From the NCBI GenBank assembly GCA_000091165.1, contig FP565575.1:1740001-1772000 (forward strand): a stretch of DNA of 32,000 nt, in the 5' to 3' direction. The notes below the pieces were generated by a model. It was not told the DNA's origin, made no database searches, and worked only from the letters and a program-made list of their open reading frames with translations. Both the position numbers and the translations under genes were made by a program. Positions 26,101 to 32,000 of the stretch are shown piece by piece. The first letter of the stretch is position 1; the number at the start of each line of letters is the position of its first letter. The DNA is from Candidatus Methylomirabilis oxygeniifera (GTDB taxonomy: Bacteria > Methylomirabilota > Methylomirabilia > Methylomirabilales > Methylomirabilaceae).

Positions 26101-26208
26101 CCACGCTACCTCCGTATTACCACCGTAGTTCTGCACGATTGAGGAGGGGCTGTGGACGTGGAGATCCCACTTCTTCCATGTTGAGCCAGCAGGATTGTTG
26201 TTGCTCAC
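23116..26208 (-). CDS. PHP-domain phosphoesterase fused to an ABC/SMC-like coiled-coil ATPase (Ppl/TrlF-like architecture)
   Basis: The PHP HxH motif is WDLHVHSPSS (nt 26152-26160), with GINDY and CSDAHA. Walker A is IIGNKGSGKS (nt 25084-25107). A segment of about 280 aa is coiled-coil-like and rich in E, K, A and L. The signature-like motif is LSPGERG, Walker B is PLIIDQPEENLD, and the H-loop is VIMVTHNPN. Confidence 0.9.
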   Translation of the reverse strand: MSNNNPAGSTWKKWDLHVHSPSSIVQNYGGNTEVAWEAFLADLEKLSPEFKVIGINDYIFIEGYERVLIEKRERGRLTNIDLILPVVEFRLDKFAGVVKKDEHGNYSQSDWNRINLHVIFDELDPEIIRQQFLNALAPYYNLIPDSTHLKGKWQAVITLASLKDLGQRIIGAAPADKKAAYGAPLQEGFNNLCVSLESIVQALDNHTLTNRYLLAVGKTEWENMKWDDQSIAEKRNVINGVQLVFTAAPNPESYETARKRLADSHVNSKLLDCSDAHALSTSESKDRIGHCFTWIKADSTFEGLRQAVTEFDQRVFVGDVPPKYQLVAANRTKYASAITIKKKAGSALPDTWFDVNLPLNHDLVAIIGNKGSGKSALADIAALAGNTKNYEKFSFLTEDRFRDPKSRLAAQFAGTLRWQDGTDSTRELHQNPAPSDVERVKYLPQSYLEALCNELGGVGSSTFDSELRKIIYTHVPEEEKLDFISLDDLLNFKVEEIEREREQVAQQLSKLNDEINTIERRLAPNFRLSLETQLEGKRKELQALESARPAVVEDPTASDAAKAEAAAATARLQELGGQLAAIRDEERVAREKKAGATKRAALVNRVLQALTNHEKAHEQFLANLKMTLVEIDSSLSTDDVVSLKVDTSKLDSIGAAMKAEIVAQDKILNSQEATGITKRRETAESEVKAIKSKLSEKQRLYVVYQEQVSQWKRAKAELIGAREKVHSISWFEAEIQELAQLPAKRNQLREERIAVVRRLHEQIEKTVAEYKRLYQPVQGFVQSAANMEMPLPLAFNVRIAEEGFQQHFLAMINRQTRGSFSGIEESNQLIHGILRETDFGDSEETVQFVSRIDDMLHVDRREDGGGNEMQPSDQLRKHSEVKDVYDFLFGLSYLQPRYSLTYGGQEIGRLSPGERGLLLLVFYLLVDKDDIPLIIDQPEENLDNQTIYKILVTCIKAAKQRRQVIMVTHNPNLAVVCDAEQIICASCDKANNLFGYISGAIESSEIKARVVEILEGTEPAFVNRKRKYGL

Positions 26209-26268
26209 TTGTCCCTCTTTATGAAGTGCCCCCTCGCATGAACGCGAGGCCGCGTCAATGCCTCCACC

Positions 26269-29091
26269 TCATACCCTAAACACCTTCATCACTTCGTCGC
26301 CGAGGTGGTTGATGACCTTCACGGCAATACGGCCGGATTTCGGTTTAGGGAAGGATCGCGAGGTGTCGCTATTGAGCGTGGCCCAGGCTTCCTCATTGAT
26401 CTCGGCTTTGAGCGTGGTCTTCAGCGCGCTGTAGGGGTCGTTCGCACCGAGGAAATAGGCGTGGCGAACGAAGAAGCTCTCTTCGTTGTAGTCGGTATCG
26501 ATGAACCAGCAGGCGATGCCATCGGCGCTGTCGCTGCGGACTTCGCCGGTTTGGGGATGGAAGACGTCCACGCCATTGACCTTTACCCGTATCTGGCCGT
26601 CTTCGGCCGGCAGGATGTCTATGTCAGGCTCGCCGAAGATCACGAAGAGGTTGCCTTTGCCGGTGTTCTTGAGATCGTCGGCCATGTGCAGGTCGGCATT
26701 CATCCGCGCCTTGAGCACGGGAATGCGGCCGAGTTTGGTGAACTCTGTGGCGTGAGCCTCGTAATTGAAGGCGCAGGCGATCAACACGTCGAAATCGGCA
26801 TCGCCAGCCTCGCGGGCGGCAGCTACCAGATCGGGTCGGGTGACGGTGCCGAATTCCGGACCGATGAAGATGGCGGCGCGCTTTTCGGTACCCGATTCCG
26901 GATTGCCTTCGAAGTAGCGGCCTTCGGCGCACACGAAGTAGCCCGGCCATGGCGTGAGCGCGGTAAAGGTGATGCGATCTTCCTTATGCGCTTGCTGGAC
27001 TCCGGCGGTCTTGAGGTTCTCCAGAATCATCTGGGGAAAGGTCTGCTTCTCTCCGTAGCCGGTGCCGATATCCGACACGCGGTCGATCAATTCATCGTTT
27101 TCATCCACCCCGAGTACACGATGCGGCGAGAGGCTTTCGACGGTGAAGGGACCGGCCACGCGGACCTTCTTCCTGTCCTCGTAGGGCTTGTCGTAGAGGT
27201 ATTCACACTCAGCCTTAGCGGCGATGGAGGCATCGATCTCCTTCTGTCGGGCGATGCGGGCCTCCCACCAGTCGGCGTGCAGCTTTTTGGCGGGCGCGGG
27301 CCACGCGGTCTCCGCTTCGCGTGGTATCTCCCATTCCTGCCAGGTCTTCTTGAGTGCGGAGTTCAATGCCTCGCGCAACGGCTCCAGCTTCGCCTGCCAC
27401 TTCTCCCAGATGACGTCGATCTCCGCGTTGTTGGCGATGGACTTGAGGGTGATGTGCGGCACACGCTCATAGACGAAGCCGTGGCGGATGTTCCCCTGCA
27501 CCGGCTGAGAACTCGCCAGAGTGCGGGTGACTTCGGCTTCCTTAAGCTGGCCTTCGCGAGAATCGGCCAGCAGGTAAAACGGATACCGCGCGCCCATGAT
27601 GCGGGCACGGGCCAGCGCCAGCGCTACGCGCGAGGTATCGATGGTGATCCAACGCCGCCCCCATTGTTCGGCGACATAGGCTGTGGTGCCAGAACCGCAG
27701 GTCGGGTCGAGCACGAGGTCGCCGGGATCAGTGGTCATCAAGATGCAGCGCTTGATAACTTCTGCGGCTGTTTGAACAACGTAAATTCTCTCCGTTCCGA
27801 TTTGAGTTGATTCCCACCGATCCGTAATTGGCAACATCGGAACATCGCCCACAAACCTTTTGTAGCGTATTGTGTTTGCTGTCCGCTCGATGCGCGACGA
27901 CTGCGCGATGCGCCGCAGGCCGATCTGTGTAGTTTTCCAATGGGTACCCTTGCGGATGGAGAAGGATTCTCCAAACCAGTTGAACGTCCGTGAACCGCCC
28001 TCAGATTCACCCTCCGAATAGAGCGGAAATAGTTGGAACCTCTTTAACTCGTCGATGCCAGAACCAGGAAGTTTCTCGTCCCTTGTCAAAGGGCGACTCG
28101 TGAACTCGTCGTCCTGATATTGGTCGTACCGATCAAGTGAGGTGTGTCCTGCTCTTCGATCAGTCAGCAAGCCTCGGTATTTTGCTGAGTTTCGCTCCTT
28201 CAAGTACCACAAGACGTAATCGACGGTGTTTGACAGAAATTCGCTCTCGAAGCCGCCTGTTTTCTGGAACGAGATAAGGACAACGAAGTTCTTTTCCCCA
28301 AACACCTCATCCATCACCGCCCGAACGCGATGCACGTTTTCATCACCGATCTGCACGAAGATGGAGCCGGAGTCGGTGAGGAGGTCGCGGGCGACGGCGA
28401 GGCGGTCGCGGAGATAGGTGAGATAGCTGTGGATGCCGTCGCGCCAGGTGTCGCGGAAGGCCTTGACCTGCTCCGGCTCGCGGGTGATGTGGTCGGCCTT
28501 GCCGTCCTTCACATCGCGGCTGGTGGTGCTCCACTGGAAATTGCTGTTGAATTTGATGCCGTAGGGCGGGTCGAAGAAGATGCACTGCACCTTCCCGCGC
28601 AGGCCCTCGCGCTCGGCCAGGCTGGCCATGACCTGGAGGGAGTCGCCGAGGATCATGCGGTTCGACCAGTTCTGGTCGTGCCGGTAGAATTCGGTCTTGT
28701 CCACGCCCTCGGGGACGCCGTTGAAGTCGGCGAACAGATCGAATTGCGGGGCCGCAGCCTTTGCGTCGAGCTTGGTCTGACGTATGAGGTCATCGATCAG
28801 CGCCTTGGGGTGGACTTTTTCCTGGATGTAGAGCGGCGGGGCGTGAACGACGAGGTCGCTCCAGTCCTGCTCATCCTTGCCGCGCCAGACGAGCTGTGGA
28901 TCGAGATCGCGGTTTCGACCTGCCTTTTCTTCTTTCAGCCCGGCTACGCCGCGCTGCAGGGCCACGCGCACCGGGTCCTGCTCCGCCTTTTGCAGGACCG
29001 ATTGGTACTCGGCGGTGGGGATGTTCTTCCTCGTGGCCTCGTCGTGCTTGAGCGCTTCAACGGATTTGCTGGTGGTTGGTTTCTTGGCCAT
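26269..29091 (-). CDS. mod: Type III-like DNA methyltransferase (beta-class N6A/N4C), Mod subunit
   Basis: Motif IV FFDPPYG comes before motif I LDPTCGSGTT, which is the beta permutation. About 440 aa follow motif I. I placed the start at the ATG at 29091 (MAKKPTTSK..., AAGGA upstream). The longer track ORF start lies inside a 9-mer repeat array. Confidence 0.9.
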   Translation of the reverse strand: MAKKPTTSKSVEALKHDEATRKNIPTAEYQSVLQKAEQDPVRVALQRGVAGLKEEKAGRNRDLDPQLVWRGKDEQDWSDLVVHAPPLYIQEKVHPKALIDDLIRQTKLDAKAAAPQFDLFADFNGVPEGVDKTEFYRHDQNWSNRMILGDSLQVMASLAEREGLRGKVQCIFFDPPYGIKFNSNFQWSTTSRDVKDGKADHITREPEQVKAFRDTWRDGIHSYLTYLRDRLAVARDLLTDSGSIFVQIGDENVHRVRAVMDEVFGEKNFVVLISFQKTGGFESEFLSNTVDYVLWYLKERNSAKYRGLLTDRRAGHTSLDRYDQYQDDEFTSRPLTRDEKLPGSGIDELKRFQLFPLYSEGESEGGSRTFNWFGESFSIRKGTHWKTTQIGLRRIAQSSRIERTANTIRYKRFVGDVPMLPITDRWESTQIGTERIYVVQTAAEVIKRCILMTTDPGDLVLDPTCGSGTTAYVAEQWGRRWITIDTSRVALALARARIMGARYPFYLLADSREGQLKEAEVTRTLASSQPVQGNIRHGFVYERVPHITLKSIANNAEIDVIWEKWQAKLEPLREALNSALKKTWQEWEIPREAETAWPAPAKKLHADWWEARIARQKEIDASIAAKAECEYLYDKPYEDRKKVRVAGPFTVESLSPHRVLGVDENDELIDRVSDIGTGYGEKQTFPQMILENLKTAGVQQAHKEDRITFTALTPWPGYFVCAEGRYFEGNPESGTEKRAAIFIGPEFGTVTRPDLVAAAREAGDADFDVLIACAFNYEAHATEFTKLGRIPVLKARMNADLHMADDLKNTGKGNLFVIFGEPDIDILPAEDGQIRVKVNGVDVFHPQTGEVRSDSADGIACWFIDTDYNEESFFVRHAYFLGANDPYSALKTTLKAEINEEAWATLNSDTSRSFPKPKSGRIAVKVINHLGDEVMKVFRV

Positions 29092-29183
29092 AGTTTTTAT
29101 CCTTGCTGTCCCATATTTCTTATATCTACAGTGCTGTCCTGCCCCTTTGTTGCCCCTTCGCAAAAGGTCTGCCATGTTTTCCC

Positions 29184-29274
29184 ATGAGGCGTTTGTCCTC
29201 ATGAGGCATATGAGGCATTCTTGAGGCATTTGGAATGTCTATGCCATGAGGCATATGAGTCATAATTGAGGTAT
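29184..29274. repeat. Array of seven WTGAGGCAT 9-mers (two triplet units of about 29 bp plus one solo copy)
   Basis: The copies are at 29184-29192 (ATGAGGCGT), 29201-29209 and 29210-29218 (ATGAGGCAT twice), 29221-29229 (TTGAGGCAT), 29246-29254 (ATGAGGCAT), 29255-29263 (ATGAGTCAT) and 29266-29274 (TTGAGGTAT). Confidence 0.75.
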
Positions 29275-29673
29275 CACCTTTGCCTTGACATAAAAAGCTC
29301 CTCGGCGTTCACCTCGCTGTTCAAGGATTCCTTTCTTCACCATATCGTCCAAGTCGCGTGTTGCTGTCTGACGACTTATCCTCGTCTCTTCCTGATACCT
29401 TCCGCTTGTGAGTCGTCCTTCTGACCCCAGAAGGGCCAGCCCGGCTAACTGCCTCTCATTCAGATGAAAACTGGCCAGCACCTCCGCCGTCAGCCAATCT
29501 CGCCAGAGGGTGATGACGAACGAGCCCGCGCGTTGTTCGAATTGCGGCTCGGGCAGTCCGGCCTCGCGGTGCAGGAAGGCATCGCCGAGAAGAAAGGCCT
29601 TCAAATCCAGGCGAATTTGTTTGAATTCCTTCTGAATGCTGCTGATGAATATTTTCAGACGTACCGGCTTCAC
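29260..29673 (-). CDS. Small winged-HTH protein, apparently an internally deleted relative of larger AlbA_2/HATPase_c_4-type regulators
   Basis: The N-terminus reads KIFISSIQKEFKQIRLDLKAFLLGDAFL. It joins directly to EAGLPEPQFEQRAGSFVITLWR and then LNERQLAGLALLGSEGRLTSGRYQEETRISRQTATRDLDDMVKKGILEQRGERRGAFY (wHTH). Its GTG start overlaps the res stop (GTGA). Confidence 0.6.
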   Translation of the reverse strand: MKPVRLKIFISSIQKEFKQIRLDLKAFLLGDAFLHREAGLPEPQFEQRAGSFVITLWRDWLTAEVLASFHLNERQLAGLALLGSEGRLTSGRYQEETRISRQTATRDLDDMVKKGILEQRGERRGAFYVKAKVIPQL

Positions 29674-32000
29674 GCTGCGCCCTTCACGATGCCTTCGATC
29701 ATTTTACTGAACTCGCTTTCGACCTTTGCTTTGAAGTCGGCCTCGATCTGATAGACCTCGGTGAACTCGGCAAAGGCCCATCGGCCATATTGCGCGGCGT
29801 GATTGACGCCGGGGACCCAGTAGGTGTCCATGGTGGATTTCTTCTCTTTCGCGTCCTCGCGCCGATAGCCTTTGATTTCGACGATCAGGTGCAGCAGGTC
29901 ATCGTCACCGTGACCGTCATCCACCAGCACGATGAAATCGGGCAGATACTTGCGCATCTCCGAGCCGTACCGGTAGGGTACCTCAAGACCGAGGTTATGA
30001 TTTTTGACATAGGCCCTGACGCGCGGGTGAGCTTCGACGATGCGGCAGAATTCGCCTTCCCAGTCGCTGTCGAGGATCACCCAGTTGAGGTGACATCGAC
30101 GAGCATCTGTCTCCCATCGGTCGGTTTTCGAGGTATTGAAATTGACGTGGATGGTGGAGCCGGTGGGATTATAGGGGTCGAGCACGGCCATGATGGGTCG
30201 CTGTCCGACGAACGCGCGCGTAATCCCGGCAGTGATGCGTTCGCAAGCCATGTCGGCCAACGTCTTGTATTTCAATTGCGCCGGATAGGTGCCGCCCTTG
30301 CAGATGAGGTACCCGTCGATCCATTGGCGGGCGATGCGCTTGAGTTGACCAAAGAGATGGAGCTTGGGGTCTTCGCCCGGGTCGCGCCACTTGGTGAGAA
30401 CGAGGTGAGACACCAGCTCATATAGAACCTGCGAGGGTCGAACGTCGCCGGTGTGAACCAGATTGAGATCCACCCTTTCGCCAATGATCCCCGAGTTTTG
30501 GGTCTCCGTTGCGCCGACCAGGTCCGGGGTCAACTCCAGCACGGAGTCCTCGTTGAACTCGGCGGTCAGCCGTTCCTCGGGCAATTCGATGCGGTAGCCC
30601 ACGACACGGGGGAAGCGGATTTCGAGCGGATCGCGTTCGGGCCGCACGGCCCTGACGTGGATAGTCTCCCGCGGCGGCTGCGGGGGCGCGACCACCGGCT
30701 TGGCGGTAAAGTCGAAAGGAATGCCCAAGACGTCGGCGTATTCCACATTGAACAGCTCCTCTTCATTCAAATCGTAGGACTGGCGACGGAGCGCCCGGCC
30801 GATGACCTGCTCGCAAAGGAGTTGGGTGCCGAAGGCCCGGACGCCCAGCACATGCGTGACCGTTCTTGCGTCCCAGCCCTCGGTGAGCATGGAGACGGAG
30901 ACGACGCAGCGGATCGATCCGCCCAACTGGCCATACTTGCCCACCGTATTCATGACCTCGCGGAGAAGAGTCACGTCATCGAGTTCTTTGCCCATTTGAA
31001 GTTGATCGGCGAGTTTCCCGCCGCGTTCGATGATCTCGCGGCGGAAGCGTTCGATTTCGTCGGCGGCCATGCCACGGAAGTTGTCGTCGAGCGGTTCGCC
31101 GGATTCGAGTTGCTCGCTGTCGATGAGCAACGTGTTTGGCCTGGCGAACGGGTTGCCATGCTCATCAAAGTTGCGAAACAGCGCAAGGCGGCCGGCTATC
31201 GGTGTCTTTGAGCCATCATCGTTCTCGCGGAGAAAGCCGGAGATGAAGTCATACACCAGTTTGGAGATGGCGGTGTTTTGGCAGACGACGATAAAACAGG
31301 GCGGCACGCGGATGCCGGCTTTGTCCCACAGATCGAAGGTCTTCTCGTAGTGACCGTAGAGGGCTTCAAGGGCGGTCTGCAGTTGCGGCGGCAGACTGAG
31401 TGGATCGAGTCTGGCCGACTTGCCCCGCCCTTTCTTGGGCATGTGCGACCGGATGTGTTCCCACAGATTGCGGAACATGGGCATCTCTTCGCCGGGGATG
31501 TTGTCGGCCACGGGGACGCGCGGCAGTTTGACGATGCCGCACTCGATGGCGTCCATGAGCGAGAAGTCGCTCACCGTCCACGGAAAGAGGGTGCCCTCTG
31601 CGTACCCTGAGCCGCTCAGGAAAAAAGGTGTCGCAGACAGGTCGATGACGCACGCGACGCCGAGTGTGCGGTGTACCGCTTCAAGGCCGGAAATCCAAAG
31701 GCGGGCGGCCTCCTTGTTTTTCTCGGCCTCTTTCTTTTCCTCCCCCTTCAAATCCTCCTCGTCGTCTTCTGCTCCGGATTTCTCGCGGTAGCAATGATGC
31801 GCCTCATCATTGAACACGACGATGTTCTTCATGCCCATCAGGTCGGGCATCACCCGCTGAAGCATCTGTCCCTCAGTTTCGAGGGTGTTCAACTCTTCGC
31901 CCCGACCTTGCAGGAGAGAACGCCCGCCCTTCGAGAGATCAATCCGTTCGCGGAGCTTGAAAGCGTGGTAGTTGGTGATGACGATTTTGGCCCGATTCAC
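29670..32000 (-). CDS. res: Type III restriction enzyme Res subunit (SF2 DEAH helicase plus C-terminal PD-ExK nuclease), 5'-truncated by the window edge
   Basis: Motif II is VVFNDEAHHCY. LSATPF, VSMLTEGWDARTVTHVLGVRAFGTQLLCEQVIGRALRR (motifs V and VI) and the C-terminal YLPDFIVLV...LIVEIKGYR (D...ExK) are all present. Confidence 0.9.
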   Translation of the reverse strand: MNRAKIVITNYHAFKLRERIDLSKGGRSLLQGRGEELNTLETEGQMLQRVMPDLMGMKNIVVFNDEAHHCYREKSGAEDDEEDLKGEEKKEAEKNKEAARLWISGLEAVHRTLGVACVIDLSATPFFLSGSGYAEGTLFPWTVSDFSLMDAIECGIVKLPRVPVADNIPGEEMPMFRNLWEHIRSHMPKKGRGKSARLDPLSLPPQLQTALEALYGHYEKTFDLWDKAGIRVPPCFIVVCQNTAISKLVYDFISGFLRENDDGSKTPIAGRLALFRNFDEHGNPFARPNTLLIDSEQLESGEPLDDNFRGMAADEIERFRREIIERGGKLADQLQMGKELDDVTLLREVMNTVGKYGQLGGSIRCVVSVSMLTEGWDARTVTHVLGVRAFGTQLLCEQVIGRALRRQSYDLNEEELFNVEYADVLGIPFDFTAKPVVAPPQPPRETIHVRAVRPERDPLEIRFPRVVGYRIELPEERLTAEFNEDSVLELTPDLVGATETQNSGIIGERVDLNLVHTGDVRPSQVLYELVSHLVLTKWRDPGEDPKLHLFGQLKRIARQWIDGYLICKGGTYPAQLKYKTLADMACERITAGITRAFVGQRPIMAVLDPYNPTGSTIHVNFNTSKTDRWETDARRCHLNWVILDSDWEGEFCRIVEAHPRVRAYVKNHNLGLEVPYRYGSEMRKYLPDFIVLVDDGHGDDDLLHLIVEIKGYRREDAKEKKSTMDTYWVPGVNHAAQYGRWAFAEFTEVYQIEADFKAKVESEFSKMIEGIVKGAA

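Noticed and set aside
26232-26249. A CCTCGC-ATGAAC-GCGAGG hairpin between mod and the PHP-ATPase gene, considered as a terminator.
   Set aside because: It has only a 6-bp stem and no U-tract on the transcribed (minus) strand. The ATPase RBS follows closely, so read-through is more likely than termination.
26305-27810. A 501-aa plus-strand ORF, with 28330-29187 (285 aa) as a second example, antisense to mod.
   Set aside because: It is Gly/Arg/Asp/Val-rich with no motifs. The opposite strand carries clear methyltransferase motifs IV and I. I treat both as shadow ORFs.
26269-29091. Phase-variable simple-sequence repeats in the Type III mod gene.
   Set aside because: I read through the 5' third of the gene and saw no homopolymer or tetra/pentanucleotide tract long enough to slip.
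1-32000. CRISPR arrays, tRNA or rRNA genes, integrase genes, or att-type long direct repeats that might flank the defence island.
   Set aside because: I did not see regularly spaced repeats, cloverleaf-like segments or tyrosine/serine recombinase motifs on either strand. The only repeat sets are the IS inverted repeats, the 9-mer array, the duplication junction and two short direct repeats, all reported above.

Overview
This is a bacterial accessory region, roughly 45-70% GC in the lines I sampled. I saw no rRNA, tRNA or CRISPR array. All family calls come from motifs read in the supplied translations and from hand alignment; I ran no database search.

The window has three blocks.

(1) 1-6.2 kb is a toxin-antitoxin and IS graveyard.
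- A DUF433 gene is split by an IS3/IS407-like element. The element has OrfA and OrfB and an in-frame G GGA AAC slippery heptamer.
- An intact RHH-ParE/RelE pair sits behind a near-consensus promoter.
- An IS1634-like element has 20-bp terminal inverted repeats and a frameshifted transposase.
- An intact HigA-like antitoxin lies next to a C-terminal HigB stump, which is too short to appear in the ORF track.

(2) 6.5-16.4 kb is one minus-strand gene string:
- a NitT/TauT-type ABC importer (binding protein, ATPase, permease)
- a polytopic membrane protein
- a PaaI-type thioesterase
- an alpha/beta-hydrolase-like protein with Tyr at the nucleophile position
- a 161-aa soluble protein
- a 66-aa chimeric ORF
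- a second, paralogous membrane protein
- a HemN-like radical SAM enzyme
- an AMP-forming acyl/aryl-CoA ligase

The chimeric ORF fuses the radical SAM 5' end to the permease 3' end at a GGCAT microhomology, which looks like a duplication junction. One uncharacterised cytoplasmic domain occurs three times in this block.

(3) 17-32 kb is a minus-strand defence island:
- a Type III-like Res (partial at the window edge)
- a small wHTH mini-gene
- a beta-class Mod of about 940 aa, preceded by an array of seven WTGAGGCAT 9-mers
- a 1030-aa PHP-domain/ABC-SMC-like ATPase
- a UvrD-like SF1 helicase with a RelE/ParE-like N-terminal domain
- a possible 61-aa ORF
- a 1269-aa protein in which I recognise no motif

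The best candidate for an undescribed system is the ATPase, helicase, small ORF and giant protein module attached to the R-M pair. The second candidate is the triple-paralog domain inside the ABC/radical SAM/ligase operon.
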